Assembly (NCBI GenBank): GCA_043821445.1
Contig: JBDRCT010000033.1
Location: 5,391-69,390, forward strand
Length of the DNA stretch: 64,000 bases
Origin: Candidatus Omnitrophota bacterium
GTDB lineage: Bacteria; Omnitrophota; Omnitrophia; Omnitrophales; Aquincolibacteriaceae
Reading direction: 5' to 3'
Position numbers and translations under genes: made by a program. Positions 20,599 to 29,455 of the stretch are shown piece after piece. The notes under the pieces were generated by a model. It was not told the DNA's origin. It ran no database searches and saw only the letters and a list, made by a program, of their open reading frames with translations. The first letter of the stretch is position 1. Every line of letters starts with the position of its first letter.

Positions 20599-22566
20599 CT
20601 ATTTGCTCGGTATAAGCCCGAATGCAAAACCTTTTTTTACCTTAGCGATAAGCTCGGGGAGAACTTCCTGATAATCGCGGACCATACCGAAATCCGCATG
20701 GCGAAAGATCGCGGCCTGAGGGTCCTGATTGATGGCGATGATCTTACCGGATTCTTTCATCCCCGCGAGGTGCTGGATAGCTCCGGAGATGGCGACGGCG
20801 ACATAGATCTTCGGACGGACGGTCTTTCCGGTCTGCCCGACCTGACGCGCATAGGGAGCATAGCCGTTGTCCACCGCGTGACGGCTCGCGCCCCAATCCG
20901 CGTTAATACCCTGATCTTGCAAGGCCTTCGCGAGTTCCTGGACCAGCTTGAAATTGTCGTGATCGCCGGCCGGCCGGCCCCCGGAAATAATGATATCCGC
21001 CACAAAGAGGTTGTCGCCGCCTCCCGCCTCGCGCTTGACTTCGATCACCTCCACCGCGAAATCACTTTCCCTGAAGGTGGGCATAAATTCGCGAACGGTC
21101 CCTTTCCGGTTTGTGTCTTTTGGCAATATTTTGAAAGTCCCGGCTCGCGCGGTCGCCATCTGCGGACACCAGAACCCGATGATGGTCGCAAGCTTACTTT
21201 CGCCGTAAGTCGGACGGATGGATTCAAGGCATGGATACATGATCGCTTTTCGAATGCGGTGCACATATTCCCCGACATTTAGGCTTGTGCAATCCGCCGT
21301 CACGCCGGCCCTCACGCGGCTCGCGAGCCTCGGTGCGAGTTCGCGGCCCGAAGTCGTTGCTCCAAAAAGCGCGATCTCAGGCCGTTGATGCTCCATCCAC
21401 TGCGCGAGAACAGCCGCCACCGGAAGGATCCTGTACTCTTTGAGGCGCGGATCATCCACGATCACGACCTCGTCGGCGCCTTGCGCGATGATCTCGGAAG
21501 CCACGTTCTTGATGTTATGCCCGGTCACGACCGCAGTCACCTGGGTCTGGAGTTGGTCCGCCAGCTTCCTTGCAGGATTCAGGATCTCAAGGGAAGAGCG
21601 TGCCGGTGTTTGTCCGTGCATTTCGATCCAGGTCAGAATGCCCCGTGCGCCGTTGCGGAAATCCACTCTTGGAAAGTCTACATCCGCTGTGGCCTTTTCC
21701 CCATCCGCACCTTTTTCATCTCCGGACCCCGCATGTTCTCCGTGGCCTCCGCTGATCGTGTCCTTGATCTTTTCGATCTCGGAGACAAAAGCCTCCACAA
21801 GATCTTTGGGCTCACGACCGGAGATCATGTTGACCGGCGGCCTGTCTTTTTGAATATCCACGACCTTCGACACGAGCGTCGGTGACCCATTGAGACCTAC
21901 CACGCTGGCGTCAGCCCCGGTTTGATCAAGCGTCCAAACCTCCGTCTGGGTGTTCTTCGCACGGATCGCTCCTTTGAGAGAGGGCCGGCGCGCCGGGGTC
22001 GCGGTCGGAGCAATAGAAATAAGACACGGGATGGGAACTTTGAGGACTTGATACCCCCCTTCGATGATGCGGCGGACCTTCAGATGGTCTCCCTTGAATT
22101 CTACCTTTTCTACAAAGGTCGCTTGAGAGATCCCAAGATTTTCCGCGGTCTGAGAAGGCACATGCGCCGTATCCCCGTCTGTTGTCTGGCGCCCGGAGAA
22201 AATGATGAAGGGATCCTTACTCTCTTTGGAGAATCCGAGCTTTTTGAGAAGCGAAGCGATCGCATGGCCGGTGGCGAACGTGTCCGACCCTCCAAGCTTC
22301 CTATCCGAGAGCAGTACCGCGCGGTCATACCCCATGGCCAAGGCCTTTTTAAGCGATTGTTCAAAACTCATGGGCCCCATCGAAACCACGATCAATTCCG
22401 CGTCCGGAACACACTTTTTGATCTGAAGCCCTTGCTCCAGGCCGAACGTACAGTCGGCATTGATCGAGGATTTCGCCTTGGTGCGGTCCATAAGCCCGTC
22501 GGCGCCCATCCGCATCTCGGTCGGGAGCGGCACTTGCTTCATGATGGTGATGATCTTTAAGCCCAT
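20599..22566 (-). CDS. fused electron transfer flavoprotein beta-alpha
   Basis: EtfB part (KQVP, GGSDTFAT, GRQTTDGDTAHV) plus EtfA part (QVGQTGKTV, ISGAIQHLAGM). Confidence 0.9.
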   Translation of the reverse strand: MGLKIITIMKQVPLPTEMRMGADGLMDRTKAKSSINADCTFGLEQGLQIKKCVPDAELIVVSMGPMSFEQSLKKALAMGYDRAVLLSDRKLGGSDTFATGHAIASLLKKLGFSKESKDPFIIFSGRQTTDGDTAHVPSQTAENLGISQATFVEKVEFKGDHLKVRRIIEGGYQVLKVPIPCLISIAPTATPARRPSLKGAIRAKNTQTEVWTLDQTGADASVVGLNGSPTLVSKVVDIQKDRPPVNMISGREPKDLVEAFVSEIEKIKDTISGGHGEHAGSGDEKGADGEKATADVDFPRVDFRNGARGILTWIEMHGQTPARSSLEILNPARKLADQLQTQVTAVVTGHNIKNVASEIIAQGADEVVIVDDPRLKEYRILPVAAVLAQWMEHQRPEIALFGATTSGRELAPRLASRVRAGVTADCTSLNVGEYVHRIRKAIMYPCLESIRPTYGESKLATIIGFWCPQMATARAGTFKILPKDTNRKGTVREFMPTFRESDFAVEVIEVKREAGGGDNLFVADIIISGGRPAGDHDNFKLVQELAKALQDQGINADWGASRHAVDNGYAPYARQVGQTGKTVRPKIYVAVAISGAIQHLAGMKESGKIIAINQDPQAAIFRHADFGMVRDYQEVLPELIAKVKKGFAFGLIPSK

Positions 22567-22567
22567 A

Positions 22568-24253
22568 TCACAAGTTCTCGTATTCCGGTCCGTCGCCGCC
22601 ATACGGCACGGCCCATTCGATGTTCCCGAAGGGATCTTTGATGTCACAGGTCTTGCAATGCACGCAATTGGCCGGATGAAGATGAAGGTCTTTTTTCCCG
22701 GTCTTTGAATTTGTTACGATCTCATAAACCTCGGCCGGACAGAAATACTGGCACGGCCCGCCGTATTTCGGGATACAGACGTCCCGGCAAAGATTGAAGT
22801 CCAGTACCCGGAGATGGCACGGTTGCTCTTCGTCGTGCTTGGAACCGGAGAAAAAAACGTCGGTCACTTTGTCGAACGTCAGCTGTTTGTCAAAAATGAG
22901 TTCCTTCGCGAAATTCTTGCAAAATGGTTTTTTGACGTCCGAGAGTTTCCTGTAACAAGCCGCGTCCTCGTGTGTCTTCATCTTTCCCGAAGGCGTGATG
23001 CCGCGTCCGCCGGTCAATATCTGCATCGCGAAATGGAACGCCCCGAGGATCATCCCGTGCCCGAACCCGGCCCGGAAATTACGCGTGCGGGACAGGGTTT
23101 TGAATCCGGCGCTTTCCTTGAACAACTTCTCGTAAAGACCGAGTTTCTTCGCCGAGAAATCATTTTCCTTTAAGGCGCTGAACGCGGACTTCGCGGCAAG
23201 CATCCCGGACTCGATCGCGAGATGAACACCCTTCAGGCTCGGCATGCTGAGAAATCCCGCGGAGTCCCCGACGATCATGACCCCGTCATGGCAAAGCTTA
23301 GGCAAAGAATAAAGGCCCCCTTCCGGGATCGTCTTGGCACCGTAGCACAGAAGCTTCCCCTTTTCGAAGATCTTGGCGATGAAAGGATGTTTTTTATAGA
23401 CCTGGAGCGCCGCGTGGGAATCGAACGTGGGGTCCGTATAATCCAGCCCCGCCGCGATCCCGACCACGGCCTGGCGTCCGTTCAGGCCGTAAATGAAACC
23501 GCCGCCGAAGTGATTGAAAGAGAAAGGAAACCCGAGCGTGTGCATGATACGCCCGGCCTCAAAAGTCCCTTCCGGAAGGTCCCAAAGCTCCTTGACGCCC
23601 GTGGAATAAACCTGAGGATTGGAGTTTTCTTCCAAATTCAGTTTGCGGCAGAGCGCCTTGGTCAGACTGCCGCGGGGCCCTTCGGCCAGGATGGTAACCT
23701 TGGCGCGGATCTCGTTACCCGCCTGGAAATTATCCATCGGGTGTCCGTGCTTATCCACGCCGGTATCGATCGTCCTCGCCCCGATGACGCGGCCGTTCTC
23801 ATAGAGCATTTCGGAGACGCTGAACCCCGGATAAACTTGCACGCCCTTTTTCTCCGCGATCTCAGCCAGCCACCGCGTCATTTTCCCGAGAGAGACCACG
23901 AAATTCCCGTGATTTCCCATGAAAGGAGGCGTGAAAGGAGCTTTTAAAGCGAGTTTCGGGGTCAAAAAATAAACGCCTTCTTTTTTGACGGGAGATTCGA
24001 ATGGAAAATCCTTGGGGTCGACTCCGGGGAGGAGTTCCTTCAGCGTAGACGGATCGACCACAGCACCGGAAAGCGTGTGGCTCCCGATCAAACTTCCCTT
24101 TTCAAGGACCAGAATGTTCCAGGGAAGCTTGGCGTCCTCTCCTTTGGGAGCAGAGGCGGCCGCGAGGTCCGCAAGATGGATGGCAGTCGCGAGACCCGCA
24201 ACACCGCCGCCCACGATCAGAATGTCTGTTTCAACCACTTCGAACTTCGACAT
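22568..24253 (-). CDS. ETF:quinone oxidoreductase (FixC/FixX-like)
   Basis: GGGVAGL FAD motif, HTLSGA, C-terminal CPAEVY..NCVHCKTCDIKDP. Confidence 0.92.
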   Translation of the reverse strand: MSKFEVVETDILIVGGGVAGLATAIHLADLAAASAPKGEDAKLPWNILVLEKGSLIGSHTLSGAVVDPSTLKELLPGVDPKDFPFESPVKKEGVYFLTPKLALKAPFTPPFMGNHGNFVVSLGKMTRWLAEIAEKKGVQVYPGFSVSEMLYENGRVIGARTIDTGVDKHGHPMDNFQAGNEIRAKVTILAEGPRGSLTKALCRKLNLEENSNPQVYSTGVKELWDLPEGTFEAGRIMHTLGFPFSFNHFGGGFIYGLNGRQAVVGIAAGLDYTDPTFDSHAALQVYKKHPFIAKIFEKGKLLCYGAKTIPEGGLYSLPKLCHDGVMIVGDSAGFLSMPSLKGVHLAIESGMLAAKSAFSALKENDFSAKKLGLYEKLFKESAGFKTLSRTRNFRAGFGHGMILGAFHFAMQILTGGRGITPSGKMKTHEDAACYRKLSDVKKPFCKNFAKELIFDKQLTFDKVTDVFFSGSKHDEEQPCHLRVLDFNLCRDVCIPKYGGPCQYFCPAEVYEIVTNSKTGKKDLHLHPANCVHCKTCDIKDPFGNIEWAVPYGGDGPEYENL

Positions 24254-24382
24254 AGGAATATGAGATCTCTCGAGAGGAAATTCTAAAAATTGAGGCGGTA
24301 TTTTAACATAAATTTGTCGGCGAAAAAGAGAAAAGTTGTTTTTTGCTCTAGAGAACAGCCACTGGAAGAAAATCAACCCCTG

Positions 24383-24488
24383 CCCCGTTAGAAAAAAACG
24401 GGATGTTGCTTTTGGTTATTTTACGCGTCTCTTCTCGCCACGCTTCTTCCTGTGTTCTGCAACAACCGGTGTCAGTTTTCTAACGGGG
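24383..24488. mobile_element. MITE-like CCCCGTTAGA element (non-coding copy)
   Basis: CCCCGTTAGAAAA / TTTTCTAACGGGG; right end supplies the etfA stop codon. Confidence 0.8.
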
Positions 24489-25517
24489 TGAAGCGAGGAG
24501 CTCGTTCACCTTGGCCATAACGGCGAAGGCATCGGCCACGTAGAGCACATCGGCCTTCCCTTGGGCCCAGCCGCAATTGGCGTCCATATTGACCGCGCGG
24601 CGTTCGTTGATAAAGCGCCAGCCGACCACGTGCGGTTCTTCTCCGTGACAGCAGGTGGAAAGGCCCTTCGGATGACGCGGCGTGGCGCCGGTCTGTCCGA
24701 CCTGGTTGAGATGGCTCATGAAGGAAAGCACCGCTTCCCCTTCCGACCCCTGGTCCACGAGCGATTTGCTGCTCCCGAGCGAGGCCTTGGCGTGTTTCAA
24801 GAAATCAAGAATATGTTTTTCGGCTTCCTTGGCATGGATCTGGCCATCCACCTGTTTTTTGGTCCATCCGGCACCCGCTACGAGCAGCACCGCGGCCTCC
24901 GGGCGAATGGTCTGCGCGTCTGCGGAAGGCGCTTCAACACCCGTCACTTTTGTGCGCTTTTCCTGGTCCGTCACAGCAACGGCAACCGCTTCCATTTTCG
25001 CCGCGCCTTTGGCCCCCTGCCACACCTCGAACACGCCGGAATCCACGGCGAGGATCCACGGCCGCGCCGCGCGAGTCAGTGTCGCCAACATGCGCTGACG
25101 ATAGTACCAGCGCTGGACCTGCAAAACGCCGCCGGTGAACTGTAGGCCGCTCACATGCGTATCGATCGTGGCCTTTAAACGGAATGCCGCGCCGGGCAAT
25201 GCCCTGGAAAAACGGGACGTTGCAGGGGCAACGATGATCGTCGCTCCCGAAGCGGTTCCGATGGCTTCCGCGGCTTTCACATCCGTTGCGTAACGCGAGG
25301 TCCCGAAATCAGCACCGCTCACGCCGAGCATTTTTGCTGCGCCGCATGCCGCGATCGAATCCGCGGCGGCCTGGACATTCTCCCCGACAAGACCGACGGT
25401 AAGCGTGGAACCCGCGAGGCCTTTCTGGACCTCAAGCGCCGCGTTTAAGGTTTCAAGCGCGACCTTCGGAAGAAGGCCGTTTGCATCCGTATGAGCTAAA
25501 AAGAGTATTTTTTCCAT
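24480..25517 (-). CDS. etfA: electron transfer flavoprotein alpha subunit (divergent)
   Basis: NQVGQTGATP FAD motif; position downstream of etfB. Confidence 0.8.
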   Translation of the reverse strand: MEKILFLAHTDANGLLPKVALETLNAALEVQKGLAGSTLTVGLVGENVQAAADSIAACGAAKMLGVSGADFGTSRYATDVKAAEAIGTASGATIIVAPATSRFSRALPGAAFRLKATIDTHVSGLQFTGGVLQVQRWYYRQRMLATLTRAARPWILAVDSGVFEVWQGAKGAAKMEAVAVAVTDQEKRTKVTGVEAPSADAQTIRPEAAVLLVAGAGWTKKQVDGQIHAKEAEKHILDFLKHAKASLGSSKSLVDQGSEGEAVLSFMSHLNQVGQTGATPRHPKGLSTCCHGEEPHVVGWRFINERRAVNMDANCGWAQGKADVLYVADAFAVMAKVNELLASPR

Positions 25518-25786
25518 TATAGCCGTCCCCCCGTTAGAGATAGGAAGCGCTTCAATCGATTCTTCAAAAAACGTTTCCCCATCCCTGTTTTTAAATATCG
25601 TTCCCTTACTACAGCATCATTGATATCTATACAAGCTTCGTAATAAATTACCTCGAAAGGACCGCGCCCTTTAGTTGAAGCAACCCTGCCCTGCGAATGC
25701 TCCTTGAAGCGCTTCCGTAAATCTTTGCAAAATCCGGTGTAGAATTTTTTATCCCTCTGACTTTGCAAAACATACGTATAAAACAT
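25517..25786 (-). CDS. GIY-YIG nuclease
   Basis: FYTYVL..FYTG..DLRKRFKEH..RERYLK. Confidence 0.9.
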   Translation of the reverse strand: MFYTYVLQSQRDKKFYTGFCKDLRKRFKEHSQGRVASTKGRGPFEVIYYEACIDINDAVVRERYLKTGMGKRFLKNRLKRFLSLTGGRL

Positions 25787-25809
25787 TCCTCAACCAATCT
25801 CTAACGGGG
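25529..25809. mobile_element. GIY-YIG-carrying CCCCGTTAGA element
   Basis: 13-bp inverted ends CCCCGTTAGAGAT / ATCTCTAACGGGG enclosing nearly the whole nuclease ORF between etfB and etfA. Confidence 0.75.
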
Positions 25810-26619
25810 TTAACCTCTTATCCAGGTTACGATCTCTTGGGCGATCTCTTCGACCGGCGTATCTTTGACGATGCGTGTCTGGCGCTGCTGCTTCGGCAGC
25901 TCCACGCTTGCGAATTTGATGGCGTCGGTCTTGAGCGCCGCGGGGGTCGCCTTCTGAAGGGCCGGCATAATGGTACGCATGTTCGTCATCCCGACCTGAG
26001 GATTGTTCGGCGGTTCCGGAAGATTTCCGGTCGCCCATCCGATCACGGCCGGGGCCCCGGCGCATGTGGAAACCAGGTATTGCCCGCCCTCGATACGCTC
26101 GAGGACCCTGAACGAGCCGTCCGGCTGGACCTTGAGTTCGTCGGCTGCAAGAAATACGTCATGGATCCCGAGCTGTTCGGCGATCATCTGCATCGTGGTC
26201 CCCGCGTCACGCGAAGCGGAGGAACAGCCGCCGAAGACGAGAAGCTTCGTTTTATCAAGTCCCGGGATCTTCTCGATCGCCCCGGCCAGGGCCGCCGCGA
26301 CTTCCCTTGAATCCATAAAACCGCTCGCGGAACCGTCAAGGCACACAAGCTCGAAGGGGACCTTCTGGGCGATGATCATCATGAGCTGTTGGAGCTTGGC
26401 TTTGGGCCCGAGGCTTAGGAGCGTCACCTTGCTTCCCGGGTTCTGCTTCGCGAGATTTGAGGCCTCAAAAAGGGAGTGCCCCGCCCACGGGTCCAGCACC
26501 GAAGGCAGCATCATTTCATTCTTAAGAGCGGGTCCGGTCGCCCCCTGGATCGGCTCCAGCGTCTGGAGCGGGTCCGGCACCAGACTCCCGCAGACTACGA
26601 TGTTAAAAGCTGTCGTCAT
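25810..26619 (-). CDS. etfB: electron transfer flavoprotein beta subunit (divergent)
   Basis: IVVCGSLVPDP N-terminus, LSLGP, ERIEGG; SD GGAGGGG. Confidence 0.8.
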   Translation of the reverse strand: MTTAFNIVVCGSLVPDPLQTLEPIQGATGPALKNEMMLPSVLDPWAGHSLFEASNLAKQNPGSKVTLLSLGPKAKLQQLMMIIAQKVPFELVCLDGSASGFMDSREVAAALAGAIEKIPGLDKTKLLVFGGCSSASRDAGTTMQMIAEQLGIHDVFLAADELKVQPDGSFRVLERIEGGQYLVSTCAGAPAVIGWATGNLPEPPNNPQVGMTNMRTIMPALQKATPAALKTDAIKFASVELPKQQRQTRIVKDTPVEEIAQEIVTWIRG

Positions 26620-26698
26620 AATTCCCCTCCTTAAAAAATCAATTGAAAATTAGGACTGCCCAAGTCGCCGTTCATTAAAAGAAAACCAAGACTTGGGC
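26615..26698. repeat. two hairpin units (42-nt family) overlapping etfB start
   Basis: GTCATAATT..AATTAGGAC plus GCCCAAGTC..GACTTGGGC; GTCATA repeated at 26615 and 26699. Confidence 0.75.
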
Positions 26699-26708
26699 GT
26701 CATAGTTC

Positions 26709-26838
26709 CCCCGTTAGAGATAGGATGCGCTTCTACTTTAAGAGCGCATCCGCTTGTTAATGAAATATAACCTTTTAATCCTTTACCCTCCGATAGAAAT
26801 CTCTTTCAAAAATATCGTCAAACCGATCTCTAACGGGG
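26709..26838. mobile_element. MITE-like CCCCGTTAGA element (non-coding copy)
   Basis: CCCCGTTAGAGATAGGATGCGC / ATCTCTAACGGGG. Confidence 0.8.
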
Positions 26839-26929
26839 TAAACCTTCCCTATTGAATGATTTCTGGGGAAACCGCGTCTTTATTGGGTCACTGGGCGGAC
26901 ATTATAATGAGGGAACTACTTTTCGGCTA

Positions 26930-27012
26930 GTCCCAATTCCATTCAATCGAAGCGAAGCTGAGATTGGGGCAATCCTGGCTACCATTTTTCAAAAGAAAAC
27001 AAAAGTCAGGGC
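26930..27012. repeat. two 41-nt hairpin units (42-nt family)
   Basis: GTCCCAAT..ATTGGGGC plus ATCCTGGCT..AGTCAGGGC. Confidence 0.85.
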
Positions 27013-27036
27013 AGTATCTTTTTGTTCAAGTACGCT

Positions 27037-27075
27037 AAAGACCCGGTCTTAAAAGGCTCTCAAAGACCGGGTCTT
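27037..27075. repeat. paired 13-bp palindromes AAGACC-N-GGTCTT (REP-like)
   Basis: AAGACCCGGTCTT and AAGACCGGGTCTT 12 nt apart. Confidence 0.6.
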
Positions 27076-27108
27076 GGAATGGGTGTGCGGGGACTCACCC
27101 GTCTCTGC

Positions 27109-27222
27109 CTAAAATTTTCTTTCCCTCCTTTTTTCTTCCTTGATCTTTCTCTTCTCCATCAGCGTATGTTTGGCAGCCTTCTTCTGCGAACCTCTTTCTT
27201 TTCCCTTGTCTTGCGTTCCCAT
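27109..27222 (-). CDS. small Lys/Arg-rich protein (37 aa)
   Basis: MGTQDKGKERGSQKKAAKHTLMEKRKIKEEKRRERKF with SD AAGGAG; below ORF-track cutoff. Confidence 0.6.
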   Translation of the reverse strand: MGTQDKGKERGSQKKAAKHTLMEKRKIKEEKRRERKF

Positions 27223-27282
27223 AAATTTTCTCCTTGATCATTGGGCCATTAGAATTGAAAAGAAAACGTCGGCATATACATT

Positions 27283-27696
27283 CTATTCTTCCGCGGGCCG
27301 GGCGCGGAGTTTTTTAAGCGCGCCGTGTTTCTGCTTAGCGTCGAGCATTTTGTCTTTAGCCCGCTTGGAACGTTTCCGTTTCTGCCGCCGGACCTTGGCG
27401 GTCCGTCGGGCCTCCTCACTCTCCCGCCCCAGGACCCGCTCTTCCAGTTTTTCCGTCAACATCCGGCGTGCCCGGTACCGGTTCATGGCTTGCGTGCGTT
27501 CTTGCTGGCATTTGACGATCAGTCCGGTGGGCTTGTGTTTCAGAAGAACGCACGTGGAGACTTTGTTGACGTTCTGACCCCCCGGTCCCCCGGAGCGCAC
27601 GAACGATTCCTCAAGATCTTGCTCGCGGATCCCGAGCCGCTCCATTTTCCCCGCAAGCCCCTGTTGCTTCTTTTCAGATACCGGATAAATATTCAT
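27283..27696 (-). CDS. peptide chain release factor-like protein (ArfB-like)
   Basis: [14 protein letters not shown] motif and basic C-terminal tail. Confidence 0.88.
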   Translation of the reverse strand: MNIYPVSEKKQQGLAGKMERLGIREQDLEESFVRSGGPGGQNVNKVSTCVLLKHKPTGLIVKCQQERTQAMNRYRARRMLTEKLEERVLGRESEEARRTAKVRRQKRKRSKRAKDKMLDAKQKHGALKKLRARPAEE

Positions 27697-27794
27697 AGGA
27701 TCTTTGGGAGTTAAGTGATGTGACTCCGGAATTGAACGGGCTTACCTCTCCCCGCGGACGGCATCCGGTTTACTGTAGTGGGTCCCCCGAATTT

Positions 27795-27827
27795 AAAAGG
27801 GAGCTGTCCGAAATGACCAGCCCCCTT
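27795..27827 (-). terminator. probable intrinsic terminator
   Basis: GGGGGCTG..CAGCTCCC hairpin followed by TTTT on the minus strand, downstream of the PEGA-like gene. Confidence 0.55.
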
Positions 27828-27883
27828 CATCAATGAAGCTAACAAACATTCCTTGAGCTTTATCGCTTTCCGTTTCTTATTTA

Positions 27884-28249
27884 TTACGTTTTAACTGGCT
27901 TCAGCTCCGCATAATAATGTTCATTTTCAAATCGATAAGCCGCCCCAGTAATTAAATCGATAATACTGCCAAAGAGCCAAAACCACGGGGATAGCTCATT
28001 TGCAACCAACATTGTCTTATCTTCATACCCTTCTTTCTTGAACGTAATGTATTCGTCCCTTTTTCTTTTTAATATCGCTGCCGTCGGCGTTTCGCCCAAA
28101 CCGACTCCTCCAGCACTAAAGATTTTGGCTCCAGTAGGGGCAGAATCAAAAGAAATTTGCTCCTTTCCTCCATTAGCTATAGTCATACAACCCGAAAAGC
28201 TAATTAGCACTATTGGAATCAAAAATACAGCTAACGCTCTCTTCATCAT
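27884..28249 (-). CDS. PEGA-like lipoprotein
   Basis: Lipobox FSGC, DSAPTGAKI, GETP, KKEGYE, IDLITGA. Confidence 0.75.
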   Translation of the reverse strand: MMKRALAVFLIPIVLISFSGCMTIANGGKEQISFDSAPTGAKIFSAGGVGLGETPTAAILKRKRDEYITFKKEGYEDKTMLVANELSPWFWLFGSIIDLITGAAYRFENEHYYAELKPVKT

Positions 28250-28420
28250 ACGCCCCCCCTTGCTTTGTGATTTTTACAGTTAGATTGCATTTTACTCCCG
28301 CCTCCTAGTCCTGCCTATTCAAAAAAGTCGAATGGTACCCCGCCAGAGGCGGACAGGCGGGTTCACCACAGTGCTGCTTCGCTGCAAAAAGAGCGGCTAC
28401 TTTGGGATCACGTTATGCGC

Positions 28421-28446
28421 CTGTCCCCTTTTCGGTGACTGTCACC
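28421..28446. repeat. left inverted repeat of the AT-rich cassette
   Basis: CTGTCCCC-TTTTC-GGTGACTGTCACC; inverse of 31141-31166 at 21/26 nt. Confidence 0.75.
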
Positions 28447-29452
28447 CGCCTAGAAGCAGATACCCTTCTGGAAGCTTTGCGGCACCTTCTATAATTATTT
28501 CTTCTTCACATGTAAAGGTTTGGGCTCCTTTGCTATAGTCTTTCCATCGTTTATCATAAATTTTGCGATCAATAAGAGATATGTCATCTGTGCGCTCTTT
28601 TGCTACAGTCTTGAGATGAAAACTTCTTCCGAGCAAAATTCCGCCACAATCTGTTAGTATATATCGGTTATGCAACTCATCGCCGCCTTCTCTCTTCCGC
28701 CATCTAATAAATGTAACTTTTAAGCCTTTGGGAATACATCGTGGCAGAAGCTTTTCACAACAATCCTTAAAATACTTAGGATCTTTGCTATTACAGGATT
28801 CGAAGTTAACATGCATTTCAACAACTATGTCTTTGAGACTTCCCTCTTCACGATATTTGCAAAGCTCTTCCAAAAAATGTTTTAAAAAAATTGTAATTTT
28901 AGAATCTTCTGGCGAAAAATGAGGATCAATAAATTTAACGAATTGACAGATTCGAAGCATTGGCGAAACTGCTTGAGCCATTGCTACCGGCTCCATATTG
29001 ATAGTTTCGCCCAGGGACATTTCCCATTTCGCAGATCCTTCATGCTTTAAATCCTTTGGATTAATAATGGCCTTTTCAAGATCCGTAGCAACTTCTGCAA
29101 CGATTGCTTGAAATGGTATGGATTCATGAGCCGATAAAGCATTTTCGAGCCAACTATCTCCTTCTCTCCAATTATGATAAACGCGCTGTACCATAACCTC
29201 ACAAACACTTTGTATAAATTCCGTTAAAGCATGTAACTCCTGCTGCCTCTTTGCTTCCTCTTGCGGATTTTGAGGGGGTGAAATTGAGACTTCTTTTTGG
29301 TAGGCTCCTTCAACTTTTTTTTTCCAGTCCTTAGGAAAACGAGACAAAATGCGCGGCTTCCCAATGCCGAATTCCCCCTTGAAATCTTTCGCAGAATTTC
29401 GGTGGTAACACTTGGCTGCTACGTTTGGATCGAGAGCGTATTCGAAAATCAT
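28442..29452 (-). CDS. hypothetical protein with C-terminal PLD-like HxRxxxxD motif
   Basis: HNRYILTDCGGILLGRS has the HKD spacing; also FIDPHF; AT-rich. Confidence 0.6.
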   Translation of the reverse strand: MIFEYALDPNVAAKCYHRNSAKDFKGEFGIGKPRILSRFPKDWKKKVEGAYQKEVSISPPQNPQEEAKRQQELHALTEFIQSVCEVMVQRVYHNWREGDSWLENALSAHESIPFQAIVAEVATDLEKAIINPKDLKHEGSAKWEMSLGETINMEPVAMAQAVSPMLRICQFVKFIDPHFSPEDSKITIFLKHFLEELCKYREEGSLKDIVVEMHVNFESCNSKDPKYFKDCCEKLLPRCIPKGLKVTFIRWRKREGGDELHNRYILTDCGGILLGRSFHLKTVAKERTDDISLIDRKIYDKRWKDYSKGAQTFTCEEEIIIEGAAKLPEGYLLLGG

Positions 29453-29455
29453 TGA

